Shown here: one piece after another, positions 20,430 through 32,587 of the stretch
Layout of the letters: every line of letters begins with the position of its first letter
Position numbering within the stretch: position 1 is the stretch's first letter
DNA from: Candidatus Megaera polyxenophila
GTDB lineage: Bacteria; Pseudomonadota; Alphaproteobacteria; Rickettsiales; Rickettsiaceae
Assembly (NCBI RefSeq): GCF_029982035.1
Contig: NZ_CP104167.1
Location: 65,974 to 129,973, forward strand
DNA: 64,000 nt
Direction of reading: 5' to 3'
Notes under the pieces: model-generated
Told to the model about the DNA's origin: nothing
Databases searched by the model: none
What the model saw: the letters and a program-made list of their open reading frames with translations, nothing else
Translations under genes and position numbers: made by a program

Positions 20430-21866
20430 ATGTTCAAAGATAGTTATACTAGGTATAAAATTATCCAACCTTTTTTTGAAGATGGAGTATCCATTAGCAG
20501 TATATCATCTGCTCATAACATTCCACTACGCACACTACAAAGATGGTGTAAAAATTATAGGATCAAAGGGCTTGAAGGGCTCAAACAACAACAGCGTTCT
20601 GATAAAGGGAAATATCGTAATATACCTCAAGAGCTCTTACATTTTATAGAAGGACTTGCTTTAAAACAACCTAAATTATCAATTGCTACAATATGCGACA
20701 AAGCTAATGAAATCGCAAAAATATTAAATGAACAAAGTATAAAATATAATACAGTTCTCAAAATCATAAATAACCTACCAAAAAGCATGATAGTTTTAGC
20801 GCAAGAAGGCGATAGAATTTACGAAGAGACTTTTGATTTATTATATAGACGCGATGCAAACCATCCTAATGAAATTTGGCAAGCTGATCATACACTACTA
20901 GACATATATTTAATTGACAGTGACGGTAAGCCAGTAAGACCGTGGTTAACTATTATTATAGATGATTATAGCAGAGCAATAGCGGGTTATTATCTTTTTT
21001 TTGAAGCTCCTTCAGCATTACAAACAGCTCTTGCACTTAGACAGGCCATATGGAGTAAAAGTGAACTTGAATGGCAAATATGCGGTATTCCTGAGCAATT
21101 ATATGTTGATCACGGGAGTGACTTTACGTCTAAACATATAGAAATGGTATGTGCAGATTTGAAAGTTCAACTTATTTTCTCAAATGTGGGAAAACCTAGA
21201 GGACGTGGCAAGATAGAACGGTTTTTTAATACAGTTAATCAAAAACTACTTTGCAGGTTACCTGGCTATATAACTAAAAATCATCTAATAGAAACTAAAT
21301 CTTTATTAACGCTCACTCAATTTGAAATTCAACTGAAAAATTTTTTACTTAAATATTATCATAAGAAACCTCATAGTATAACCAAAGAATCACCTGTAGA
21401 TCGATGGAGTCACAATGGTTTTTTACCACAACTTCCTGCATCTTTAGAGAAATTAGATTTATTGTTATTAACTGTAGCAAAACCTAGGAAAATTCACCAG
21501 GATGGCATTTATTTTCAAAGCTTACGTTATCTAGATCCAGTATTAGCAGCATATGTCGGAGAATCAATCGTGATTCGCTATGATCCAAGAGATGTAGCAG
21601 AGATTAGAGTTTTCTATCAAAATAAATTCCTTTGTCGTGCTATTTGCCAAGAACTTGCTGGAGAAGTTATTAGTTTAAAAGATATAATTCATGCACGCAA
21701 CCAAAGAAAAAAAGAATTAAAAGAAGTTATTGCTAAGCGCAGATCATTAGTAGATCAGTTATTAGGCGTCCAACCTACTGCCTCTGGTGAATCAAGCCCC
21801 TCAAATATAGTAAAACAAGAGGCTCCTGTTAAGATTACAAAGTTAAAATTATATGAAAACGATTGA
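20430..21866 (+). CDS. tniA: TniA/Tn552 p480-like DDE transposase (Mu/Tn7 superfamily), 478 aa
   Basis: N-terminal HTH and rve-type core (WQADHT...IIIDDYSR...E). Confidence 0.75.
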   Translation: MFKDSYTRYKIIQPFFEDGVSISSISSAHNIPLRTLQRWCKNYRIKGLEGLKQQQRSDKGKYRNIPQELLHFIEGLALKQPKLSIATICDKANEIAKILNEQSIKYNTVLKIINNLPKSMIVLAQEGDRIYEETFDLLYRRDANHPNEIWQADHTLLDIYLIDSDGKPVRPWLTIIIDDYSRAIAGYYLFFEAPSALQTALALRQAIWSKSELEWQICGIPEQLYVDHGSDFTSKHIEMVCADLKVQLIFSNVGKPRGRGKIERFFNTVNQKLLCRLPGYITKNHLIETKSLLTLTQFEIQLKNFLLKYYHKKPHSITKESPVDRWSHNGFLPQLPASLEKLDLLLLTVAKPRKIHQDGIYFQSLRYLDPVLAAYVGESIVIRYDPRDVAEIRVFYQNKFLCRAICQELAGEVISLKDIIHARNQRKKELKEVIAKRRSLVDQLLGVQPTASGESSPSNIVKQEAPVKITKLKLYEND

Positions 21867-22725
21867 TGATGACGGTGAAGACCAATTTTTAGTTACCAAA
21901 GAGTATAAACGTTTTAGAGAATTTTGTGAAGCTTGCATTCGTTATAAATATATTGGTTTATGTTATGGGCCGCCAGGTGTCGGTAAGACTTTATCAGCTA
22001 AATATTATAGTAGATGGGGTTTAATAGAAGAATATTCCAGATTGGATTATCAACGTAGTCAGCCAACTAAACCTGTACCTTATGAACTTAAAGAGCATGA
22101 TACAATCTTTTATACTGCAGAAGTTGCAAATAGCCCTTCAAGGATTTTAAGTTCATTAAATGCCTGCGTAAATAAAGTGCAGCAAGTTAGATACGACGCT
22201 AAGTTTTGTCAATCAGTAAAAGAAAAAGAATATCAGGAAAGTGAATACAATCACAAGAGAATAGAAGACTATATTAACCATCTTTCCAACCCTTTTATCA
22301 AGCTATTAATTATTGATGAATCAGATAGGTTAAAATTGACTTCTTTAGAGCAAATCAGAGATTATTATGACCAGAAAGACTGCGGGTTAATCTTGATAGG
22401 AATGCCGGGTATGGAAAAGAAACTATCCAGATATGCCCAATTATACTCTAGAGTGGGCTTTGTACATGAATTTAAGCCGCTATCTAAAGACGAAATGTTA
22501 TTTATTATGAGCAATTATCTTACGAAATTTGGTATTAATATTGACCCAAAAGATTTTACAGACCATGAGACTATAGCTGCTATTATGCAAGCTACAAGGC
22601 ATAATTTCAGATTGCTCAATAGGTTGCTGAAACAAATTGAGCGTATAATGAAAGTTAACATGGTAAATACTATAACAAAGGAAATAGTACTTGCAGCAAG
22701 AGAATGCTTGGTTATTGGAATATAA
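21853..22725 (+). CDS. tniB: TniB/Tn552 p271-like AAA+ ATPase, 290 aa
   Basis: Walker A GPPGVGKT; Walker B LLIIDESDRL; overlaps the tniA end. Confidence 0.75.
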   Translation: MKTIDDDGEDQFLVTKEYKRFREFCEACIRYKYIGLCYGPPGVGKTLSAKYYSRWGLIEEYSRLDYQRSQPTKPVPYELKEHDTIFYTAEVANSPSRILSSLNACVNKVQQVRYDAKFCQSVKEKEYQESEYNHKRIEDYINHLSNPFIKLLIIDESDRLKLTSLEQIRDYYDQKDCGLILIGMPGMEKKLSRYAQLYSRVGFVHEFKPLSKDEMLFIMSNYLTKFGINIDPKDFTDHETIAAIMQATRHNFRLLNRLLKQIERIMKVNMVNTITKEIVLAARECLVIGI

Positions 22726-22772
22726 TGCCAGTCAAGTACTGCCTCCCGCTGATAAATTGAGTGTACAAGTGA

Positions 22773-24109
<1,337 letters not shown>

Positions 24110-24543
24110 TAGCTAGAGTAAAAGATGGGGACGTAATTCTGGTCACAAGATTAGATAGGTTGGGAAAGGACACTATAGATATGATAAACCTAATAAACAA
24201 ATTTAACGCATTGAATGTAGGTATCCGTTTTCTTGAGAACAGCATAAGCACTGAAGGCGCTACAGGAAAAATGGTAATTACAATTCTTGCAGCTGTAGCA
24301 GAAGCAGAAAAAAGCAGGCTAGTTGAACGCACTAGTGAAGGTAGAGTAGAGGCAAGGTTCAAAGGCATTACATTTGGTCGTAAGCGCTTTATTAATAGGG
24401 ATATATTGCTAGGCCTAAAGCTTTCTGGGCATGGAGCTACTACAATTGCTAGAGAAATGAATATTAGCCGTGCTGCTATATATAAAATATTAAAAGAAGA
24501 AAACGTTACACCTTTAAGAAAAGATTAAAACATCTAATTTTGG

Positions 24544-24590
24544 CAAAAAATCCGTCATTTATTTATATAAAATTTACGCCATTTAATTAT
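24544..24590. repeat. Right terminal inverted repeat of Tn552-like element
   Basis: GTCATTTATTTATATAAAATTTACGCCATTTAATTATAAAACTTACA. Confidence 0.6.
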
Positions 24591-24683
24591 AAAACTTACA
24601 TACTATTAATATAAAGTATTAGACTTCTTTGTACTATCGTAGTACAATTAAATTTTTTAGACTAAATAGTACGGAAGTAACTT

Positions 24684-25279
24684 ATGAAAATTGGATATGC
24701 AAGAGTCAGTAGTATAACTCAAGATATTGAACTGCAAAAAGACGTATTGGAAAAAGCAGGGTGTCAGAAAATATTTAGCGAATCAGTTAGCGGTAAAGAT
24801 AATAATCGAACCCAGCTAAAAGCAATGATTGAATTGCTTAGAGAGGGTGATATCGTCGTCGTATATAAAATTGATAGAATGCCAGATCATTAAAAGGCCT
24901 TATAGAAATTGTAGAATCACTTAACGAGAAAAAAGTACATCTTGTCTCTCTTGATTCAGGGGATAGAGTTAATACTACTTCTCCTATGGGTAGGGCATTC
25001 TTTCAGATAGCAGGTGTTTTTGCAGAACTAGAAAGAGGTATGATTGAATCAAGAACCAAAGCAGGAATAGAAAAAGCAAGGCTTGATGGAGTAAAGTTTG
25101 GTAGACCTGTTGGTAAAATAAATAAGAATAGTATATACAAAGCTGAGAGAATAAAGATCTTCTTAAAGGCGGGAAAAAGTTACGATTGGATTAGCAAAGA
25201 ATTATCCGTAAGCAAAAAGACGATATCGGATATTAAAAAATCCTTATCGTCTTCCAGCTTATCAAATGAAGTTAGCTAA
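24684..25279 (+). pseudogene. Third serine recombinase (resolvase) gene, frameshifted at the DRLGRS region
   Basis: N-terminus MKIGYARVSS...YKIDRMPDH* then, in another frame, RSLKGLIEIVESLNEKKVHLVSLDSG...GRAFFQIAGVFAELER. Confidence 0.65.
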
Positions 25280-25664
25280 GAACTCCAGCTTTGGTCTCTC
25301 CTTTAGCTGTGGATGAAGAAAAATCTACTAATATACCATCTTTAAAAATTAGAACTAATTTTTTAGTGGTATCATCTGTACCTGCTGAAAACCAGTTTAC
25401 AACAGGTACATAGTTTCTAGCCATTGCAGAACGTTTGATATGAGAGTATACCCATTTTACTTGGCCATCACTCATTATATCTGTATCGTTAGGCTCTCCA
25501 AATGCTTCTTTAACTTCCGCCTGCGTTGTTTTTCCTTTTACAAAAGCAGAATTGATTTGCTCATTATTAGTTTTAGCCAGTTTTGTATTACCTGAATCAG
25601 CTGCGCAGCCTGAGAGAAAAACACTTACACTTAAAATCATTAGTAAATTGAATTGCTTTAACAT
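25272..25664 (-). CDS. Lipoprotein (BamE/SmpA-OmlA-like fold suspected)
   Basis: Lipobox LSGC. 130 aa. Confidence 0.45.
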   Translation of the reverse strand: MLKQFNLLMILSVSVFLSGCAADSGNTKLAKTNNEQINSAFVKGKTTQAEVKEAFGEPNDTDIMSDGQVKWVYSHIKRSAMARNYVPVVNWFSAGTDDTTKKLVLIFKDGILVDFSSSTAKGETKAGVLS

Positions 25665-25685
25665 ATTATTACTCCTTAAATATTA

Positions 25686-25964
25686 TTATTTTTGATTTAC
25701 TGCATCCTTTAGTTTCTGACCGACCTTAAACTTTGGTTGATTATAGGCGGCTATTTTTAGCTCCGCCCCAGTCCTTGGATTACGTCCGTTTCTTGCTGCA
25801 ACTTTACTAACAGTAAAATTACCGAAGCCAAGAAGGGATATTTCCTTACCTTGTCCCATAGCATCAATTACCGATGAGGTAAACATGTCTATTACTTTCT
25901 CAGCTTCTACTTTTGTACATTGGTGTTGGTCTGCGATGTGGGTGATAAATTCTGATTTGTTCAT
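25686..25964 (-). CDS. hup: HU-family DNA-binding protein
   Basis: 92 aa; GFGNFTV...RNPRTG arm motif. Confidence 0.85.
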   Translation of the reverse strand: MNKSEFITHIADQHQCTKVEAEKVIDMFTSSVIDAMGQGKEISLLGFGNFTVSKVAARNGRNPRTGAELKIAAYNQPKFKVGQKLKDAVNQK

Positions 25965-26047
25965 GGTTTTAAGCCTTTAATTAGTTAATTGGTGATTATG
26001 TCTAGTATTAGACATAATTAGCTATTCTTTACAATATATTTCTGTGT

Positions 26048-26398
26048 TCAATAATAAGGATCTCTTAAATCCTGTAGTGTTCTTGCTTCCTTCTTTCTAG
26101 CCAGTATTTCTTGGAATCTCCCTACAGGGTCTTCAATTTCTCGAAAGATAGAATTGTCAACCGACACTTTCTTTGGTTTCTTGTTTCCTATATTGTTTTT
26201 ATTTAATGGTCTTTGTCCATTTTTGTGTATATTAGAAAGCCTATAATGCTTTATGTAATTATTCAAAACATACTTGGATACCTTCAATTCCTGATACACT
26301 TCTCTTTTAATTTTACTGTTATTTAAAAGTTTTTGTATTTCGCTGGGTTCATAGTTTTTTTTAAGGTATTCAAAGTCACGGAGGGTCTTGCAGCTCAT
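26048..26398 (-). CDS. Hypothetical protein
   Basis: 116-aa basic ORF downstream of the Rpn-like gene. Confidence 0.25.
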   Translation of the reverse strand: MSCKTLRDFEYLKKNYEPSEIQKLLNNSKIKREVYQELKVSKYVLNNYIKHYRLSNIHKNGQRPLNKNNIGNKKPKKVSVDNSIFREIEDPVGRFQEILARKKEARTLQDLRDPYY

Positions 26399-26539
26399 AT
26401 TTTTAAGCTTTACTTTTTAGCTTTGATATTTCTTCTAAACTAAGTCCTGTTACGGAAGAAATCAGTTTATCATCTAGCTTCTGGTTTATCATATTAATTG
26501 CTGTTTTAATCAAAATGGGATGTGCATCGTTACTCATGG

Positions 26540-27487
26540 TCATTTTAACTTTTCTATTTCTTCAACAGTTAAGCTGGTAAATTCTACTATTTCTTCCATA
26601 GGTTTATTTTTTATTAGCATAGCTTTGGCGATTTCTATAGCTTTTTTGGTTTCTCCTTTCTCAATACCTCTAGCTTCACCGATAGAGATGCCTTCCTGTT
26701 TACCGATGGAGATACCTTGAACAATTCCCTCTTCCTTAGCTTTCTCTGTAGCTTTTTTTAAAGTATTAGCCTCTATTCTTAGCCATTTAAGGTGATCTTC
26801 GTAAAGTTCCCTTTCCTCTTCGCTAAAGTTCAACACATCTAATACATGCAAAGCTTTCTTCAGTGTGTCGTTATCCAGTTCCTTCGGTAATCGATCTGCT
26901 GTTAGTAAATCGTGCCTAGTTAAAAAAGCAACCCATATATCAAGGGCATTCTTGGTTTTTGCAACTATATCCTGTAATTCCTCATTTGAATCGCTAGTAA
27001 ATTTATTCAGCTCTATAGTATGTAATTCCAAATCCTTAAAATAGGCAAAACCGTTATCTTTTTCCGTAATATGGAAAACATTATGATAATTCTTTGCTTC
27101 GACTATTGAGGTGAAATTTAAAATATGAATGCCGATAGCTTTTGAAAGCTTGGAGTAATCTTCGGCTACTTTTAGCTGCTCCGTGTATAATTTTGCCCAG
27201 TAATACAAGGCTCGCTTATCATAGTCTGCCTCATCGCTGATCTGAATTTCAATGTTAAATCTTTTGCCGTCTATACCTTTTGCTTTAATATCGAGTATCG
27301 ATAATTTGTCCTGTCTGAAGTTTTTAGGATTATAGGGATTCAGTAAAGTAATATCTTCTACCTGATCATCTTGACCAACGATAGAGTTTATAAGAGAAAT
27401 AAGTAAATCCTTATTCTCTTCTACTCCGAAGATTTTCTTGAAGGCCAAGTCAACTCGAGGTGATATTTTTTCCATAATCACTATCAT
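26540..27487 (-). CDS. Rpn/YhgA-like PD-(D/E)XK nuclease family protein (transposase-like)
   Basis: N-terminus DLAFKKIFG; D...E.Q core (LDIKAKG...NIEIQ); 315 aa. Confidence 0.65.
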   Translation of the reverse strand: MIVIMEKISPRVDLAFKKIFGVEENKDLLISLINSIVGQDDQVEDITLLNPYNPKNFRQDKLSILDIKAKGIDGKRFNIEIQISDEADYDKRALYYWAKLYTEQLKVAEDYSKLSKAIGIHILNFTSIVEAKNYHNVFHITEKDNGFAYFKDLELHTIELNKFTSDSNEELQDIVAKTKNALDIWVAFLTRHDLLTADRLPKELDNDTLKKALHVLDVLNFSEEERELYEDHLKWLRIEANTLKKATEKAKEEGIVQGISIGKQEGISIGEARGIEKGETKKAIEIAKAMLIKNKPMEEIVEFTSLTVEEIEKLK

Positions 27488-27592
27488 AAATACTTGTAAG
27501 TATTATATCACAAAACCTTTAGAAGTTCCATAGTTTTATTGGTGTTTAAGGGTTTTTATAACAATTATCGTTATTAGTTTTCTTTTGAAGTG

Positions 27593-28039
27593 CTACAAAG
27601 CTACATTCCAAATAATCTGTATCTTTTGTAAATAAGCAAATAAAGCAGATTCTGTTAAGTTACCTTGATCTAAAATTTCATAAGCTTTCGTTAAAAGGTT
27701 AAGTTCTCTAGGAGTAACAGTCTGTTGTTCTTGATTTTGTTTATATCTACTATGCGCAGCTTCACCATTTTCAGCTATATTGTGCATTTCCCTAGTGCGT
27801 ATTTGTATTTCAACAGGTAATCCATATGAACCTAAAAGAATAACAGTATGCAGGGATCGATAACCATTAGTCTTTGGATTGTCAATATAATCTCTATACT
27901 TTTCTGGTATTACCTTGTAAATTTCCTGAATGAGTTTTAGTGTTGTATAGCATTCGTCTTCTTCCCTTACTATAATTCTAAAGCCAACAATGTCAGTTAG
28001 TTCTTCAATCTTAACTGATTTTCTAGTTAATTTTTGCAA
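27593..28039 (-). CDS. RelA/SpoT-family (p)ppGpp synthetase domain fragment protein
   Basis: GYRSLHTV...PVEIQIRT..MH..AE.G.AAH motifs. 148 aa only. Start abuts the IS91-like end. Confidence 0.55.
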   Translation of the reverse strand: MQKLTRKSVKIEELTDIVGFRIIVREEDECYTTLKLIQEIYKVIPEKYRDYIDNPKTNGYRSLHTVILLGSYGLPVEIQIRTREMHNIAENGEAAHSRYKQNQEQQTVTPRELNLLTKAYEILDQGNLTESALFAYLQKIQIIWNVAL

Positions 28040-28188
28040 GATAAGCCACCTATCGGTGGCAGCTTAAAAGAAGATACCCTTGACCGATAAATATTTATGG
28101 AGGATTATAATACTGGTATTTGATTTGTTTTAACTTGAGTTATAAAGACTGAATGTTAGACATACATAAGATAATATATAATTGAGTT

Positions 28189-28443
28189 ATGAGTAACTTG
28201 CACTCTGAGCAGCATTTGGTCAATGAATTAGCGGTAAAAACTCTTAAGGCCATTTCTAAAGAGCAAGCAATTCCTTACAGCAGGATCAAAAAGATTTTTT
28301 CCGAAGGAGATAAGGAAATAGCCAAGGCTTTCTGGATAATGTTGCGAAAAATATCTCCCAATCATAAGTATAATTCTGTTTACTATTGCCCTGATTGTAA
28401 AGAATTTGATTTAGAACGCAAAGGAAGAAAGATTCCTTGGTAA
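28189..28443 (+). CDS. IS91-family accessory small ORF (84 aa, CxxC zinc ribbon)
   Basis: YYCPDCKEF. Conserved across copies. Confidence 0.5.
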   Translation: MSNLHSEQHLVNELAVKTLKAISKEQAIPYSRIKKIFSEGDKEIAKAFWIMLRKISPNHKYNSVYYCPDCKEFDLERKGRKIPW

Positions 28444-28516
28444 GAAAACATTAACTATAAGTAATTTATGGAAATAGTCGGTAAAGGAATATCTATAAAA
28501 CATATTTTTCTAGACC

Positions 28517-29646
28517 GTGGTAATTGGTCTCGATTTCGCTAAAAAATACGGCAAGCTAAGATACGGCATTATTTTCAACGTCACTAAAGTTATATCGTGT
28601 GGAACGAAATATTTAGGATTTAAACGTTATAGCTGCCGTGATTGTAACCGCAATAAATCGGTAGCATTCAGCTGTAAAGGTAGGTTTTGTTCTCGTTGTG
28701 GTAAGAAACAAACGGATCAATGGGTGAGTAAGGCTAGCAATGTTCTACCAAAAACACGATGGCAGCACATTACATTTACAATGCCGGACTCTTTATGGCC
28801 GATATTTTGGCTCAATCGTGATCTGTTTGGATTGATTTCCGGTATTGCAGCAGGAATTATTAAGGAGATAGCTACAAAGAAAAATCTTGTGGTTGGTATA
28901 TTTACTGCCTTACACACTTTCGGTAGAGATTTAAAACGCAATGTTCATATCCATTTATCGGTTACTTGCGGCGGTATAAATAGCAAAGGCAAGTGGCAAA
29001 AATTATTTTTTCCTGCCGAACCTATTAAAAAAATGTGGAGACATAGAGTCCTTGAGTTATTTCGCTTTCAATATATCTCAAGTAATTTGAAGTTGCCGTC
29101 CGCATATCAAAATGCTGAGAATTTTAATAACTGGATGAGTAGTTTATACGAAATCAGTTGGTATGTTTATTTACAAAAACCATCGGATGATCATAAACGC
29201 AACATAGAATATTTAGGGCGGTATATAAAACGCCCCCTATTTCCGAGACAAGAATAGAAAATTACGACGGAAAGCAGGTAACGTTTAAATTTCTTGATCA
29301 CTATAATAATACAATTGATCGCATAACTATGCCCGTGATGCAGTTCATAGCTAGTCTGATTATGCATATACCAGATCGTTATTTTCGAATGATTAGGTAT
29401 TACGGTTTTTTATCTAATAGAACTAGGGGCGTACAATTACCTATCGTATATAAGGCAATTAATCAAATCGTTCATAAGAAAACTAAGCTCATTAGTTGGA
29501 GATTAATGATTTGGTTGAATTTTAAAATAGATCCTCTGTTTTGCTATAATTGCAATAAATGTATGAATCTGCGGCAAGTTTATTACGGTTTATCTCCGCC
29601 ATTGTTATTAATAAGAACCAATGAATTATTATCAACGCCTAGATAA
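28517..29646 (+). CDS. IS91-family HUH Y2 transposase, two overlapping frames joined by a -1 shift at CGCCCCCT (about 29233)
   Basis: Zn-binding N-terminus CxxC...CxxC; HUH HIHLSV. The second frame supplies PISETRIENYDGKQVTF...RYYGFLSN (tyrosine motif). Confidence 0.7.
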
Positions 29647-29875
29647 CATCATTATGGCGAACACTTCTTTCACGTCTTGGCCACATAATTTGTAAAACTG
29701 AACCTATTTTTAGATAGATTCTGGCAGAGATTTTTGTAAAAGTGTTGATAATTTCTAATATTGTGGCTGGTAACTACATATTTATTAAACGAATTTTTAA
29801 AAAGCTGATTGATGATTTTTCTGGTTGCAAATTTTGAATTTCCTATACTATAAAATAAATAAAACAGAAGGAACA

Positions 29876-30742
29876 ATGATAAATTTTATAGACAGTTTAA
29901 GTATTAAGACACAATTAACTATTTTACTAAGTGCAATTTTTTTGGTTCTTATTGTTTTATTTACAGTATACAGAATTAATCCCGGACAAATAGGAATAGT
30001 AGTTAATTTACTTGGAGAAAACAAAGGCGTAGAAGAAAAATCATTAAAAGTAGGTGTTAATTTTATTGCACCTTGGAAAGAGGTGTATAAATTTCCTACT
30101 TTTGATCAGAACCATACTTGGGAAGATATTAAATTCCAAACGCAGGAAGGGCTACAAGTATCAAGTAACATAGGTATTACTTTTTCATTAGAACCGGAGA
30201 AAATACCTATTCTTTTTGCTAAGTATAGGCTAGGAATACAAGAAATCACAGATACATTCATAAAAAATAATGTAAGGGATGCTATTAATATAGTTGCCTC
30301 AAAGATGAGGGTAGAAGATTTATACGGGGAGAAAAAGGAAGAATTTTTTTATAAGGTCAAAAATATCCTTCATGAGGAATTAAAGCCGATAGGTTTTAAT
30401 TTACATAAAGTTTATATTATTGGCAATTTTGATGTTCCATCTATTGTCACAGAAGCTTTAAATAGAAAAATTGAAGCTATACAGAGAGCAGAACAAAGAG
30501 AAAACGAGTTAAGGGAAGCGGAAGCCGAAGCAAAAAAGCAGATAGCAACAAGTGAAGGATTAGCTAAAAGCAGACTTATAGCTGCTCAAGCAGAGGCAGA
30601 AGCTAACGAAAAACTCGCTAAATCTCTTACTCCTGAGTTAATAAAACTTAAATTCCTTGAAAGATGGGATGGTGTTTTACCTAAAGTTACTGATGGTAAA
30701 AACTTTATTTTAAATTTAGATCAAATTGATCAGAAAAGGTAA
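29876..30742 (+). CDS. SPFH/band-7 (prohibitin/stomatin-like) membrane protein
   Basis: N-terminal TM, SPFH core, C-terminal coiled coil AEAEAKKQIA. Likely ATG at 29876; the ORF-track start 29825 lies inside the IS91-like end. Confidence 0.7.
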   Translation: MINFIDSLSIKTQLTILLSAIFLVLIVLFTVYRINPGQIGIVVNLLGENKGVEEKSLKVGVNFIAPWKEVYKFPTFDQNHTWEDIKFQTQEGLQVSSNIGITFSLEPEKIPILFAKYRLGIQEITDTFIKNNVRDAINIVASKMRVEDLYGEKKEEFFYKVKNILHEELKPIGFNLHKVYIIGNFDVPSIVTEALNRKIEAIQRAEQRENELREAEAEAKKQIATSEGLAKSRLIAAQAEAEANEKLAKSLTPELIKLKFLERWDGVLPKVTDGKNFILNLDQIDQKR

Positions 30743-30795
30743 TTTCTTAACCCTCGCTCAACCTTTTAATTATATAAAAAAACAGGAAACTTATA

Positions 30796-31556
30796 TGAAC
30801 ATTATACTAGGTCTGATTTCTGCTTATATTACGATTTGTATTGTATTATGCCTTACATACTTGATTCCTCATACAATACCGCAAAATCTGGCACGCTCTC
30901 TAGAAGATGCCCCAAAAAACCGAATTGTAAACGTTGAAATAGGAGATAATGACCTAAGTTATGTCAAACTCTGCTCATCAGGTAAAATTCGCCACATTGA
31001 AAGTATAAATCCATCCAGTTTAATATTTAAAGAGTACAGGACAGAACCTAATAACCATGAATCCATAATATTCTTTCATCCTAATTCTACTCAAAATACT
31101 GAGTTCCCTTTAAAAATAATTACTGAAAATGGAAACATTAATTTGAATATTAAGATTGTTCCTAACAAAGAACTAGAAGCAATTGTAGGAGAACCTTTGA
31201 TTATGGAAATGGCTACCCCTACCCCCAGATTTTTTAACTCATTTGTTGAAAAAGTAAAAATGAAATACGATTTAAAAAATGAACAGATGCCCTGTTCTAT
31301 TTCCTTTTTTGCTGATGAAATAGATAACAGAACAAAAAATTTTATTAAAAAATTTGAACCAAATACAAATCCGACCAATTCGCTTAAACTAGCAGAACTA
31401 AGAACTAAAGATCAGGAATTCAATTCATCATACTACACTAAATACTACTGTGATTTTAAGTGCCGCAAAAATAAGAGAAATCTAACCAACATCAGTGACC
31501 TGATAACTGCATTTATACTTTACCCTCTTGATTTGCGTCCGCAATTAATCAATTAA
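30796..31556 (+). CDS. Membrane-anchored hypothetical protein
   Basis: N-terminal TM; about 253 aa from MNIILG. Confidence 0.4.
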
Positions 31557-31573
31557 TCCAAATAGGTAATATT

Positions 31574-32428
31574 ATGAAAGCCATAAATACTCAAACAAAG
31601 AACATCAAAAAACCTCAAGAACCACTATCATACACAGAAACCCTAGGTGGTATATTGTTGCTGGTTTTTGTACTTTCTATTTTTTCATTTCTTCCAACCC
31701 CTCTATTAATAATATTATCAATGGTATTAATATTTTTGACTATTATTCTATTTATAGGGTTTATAGAGCTACTAATCAGCAAAGATCGTATAACAATTAT
31801 AATCCAAAATCTTTTATTATTACTAGTTATGTGCGGAATTACCACTTGGTACATAGTTTCTATCGTCAATACCGGTTATTATACTGTAAAACCAGAAGAA
31901 ATCACCTTTGTAGGAAATCCAGACAATCACAATGAAATCAAGGAATTATCTGCTGGAGATCACTTTCTTCCGTTATCAAAAAATTTACTACGTAACTTAT
32001 ATACTTTTCCTCAAAAGGAAACTTATAATTGGAAATTAAGTATTAGACCAGATAAGGATACCTTACTAAATAGTCAACAGCAATCCGAATATTTTTTTTA
32101 CATCGATCTAATTTTTGATATTACTTTAACAAAAGATAAAGCTTTGGAATTGCTAATAACTCACAAATCAGACTTAGAAACACTTGTAAAAAAAGTAGTC
32201 CAACCTAATATACAAAACTCTCTTAATCAATTAGGTCAAACACTTAGTTTAGGCAATTTTTCTAATCAAAAAGAACAAATTGAAAAAGAAATCACTAATA
32301 TCGTGAATAAAGAATTGAATTCTGCAGGTTTATCCGAGCATGCTATTTTGTGGCTAAAATTAGGAGATTCACCAAAAATCAAATTGACTAGACAGAAGAT
32401 AAAAGATGAAGTAAATAAATATTTTTAG
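31574..32428 (+). CDS. Membrane protein (3 N-terminal TM), intact paralog of 13300..14136
   Basis: 284 aa. Confidence 0.5.
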   Translation: MKAINTQTKNIKKPQEPLSYTETLGGILLLVFVLSIFSFLPTPLLIILSMVLIFLTIILFIGFIELLISKDRITIIIQNLLLLLVMCGITTWYIVSIVNTGYYTVKPEEITFVGNPDNHNEIKELSAGDHFLPLSKNLLRNLYTFPQKETYNWKLSIRPDKDTLLNSQQQSEYFFYIDLIFDITLTKDKALELLITHKSDLETLVKKVVQPNIQNSLNQLGQTLSLGNFSNQKEQIEKEITNIVNKELNSAGLSEHAILWLKLGDSPKIKLTRQKIKDEVNKYF

Positions 32429-32587
32429 GTTATGCTGTATAGTTCTCTGTTATTTTTCTTCATTAGTTATGATATTATTAAGCAAGAAGCCAAACGCTCT
32501 TTAAGGCGTTGGGTAATTCATGAAAAACTGTTGTTAGAGTTCAACTTATAATATATAATGTGCAGTGCCTAATTATGGAATACATTT

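Larger units (their letters stand above)
18706..20433 (+). pseudogene. Serine recombinase (resolvase) gene split by IS630 insertion (segments 18706..18913 and 20045..20433)
   Basis: N-terminus MLIGYARVSTQEQ. The C-terminal frame resumes after the TA duplication. Removing the IS restores KLDRLARSLRQL (the DRLxRS motif) and a C-terminal HTH. Confidence 0.75.
28050..29850 (+). mobile_element. IS91-family element, copy 2 (1801 bp, reference copy)
   Basis: CAAG target immediately 5' (28046..28049). End hairpin GCCACC-TATC-GGTGGC at 28054..28069. Right end ...TTTCCTATACTA. Confidence 0.85.

Noticed and set aside
20157-20468. Minus-strand 103-aa ORF
   Set aside because: Antisense to the resolvase C-terminal exon.
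28717-28941. 74-aa antisense ORFs inside every IS91-like copy (also at 37359, 40297, 62398)
   Set aside because: They lie on the strand opposite the transposase with no signals. They are repeated only because the IS is repeated.
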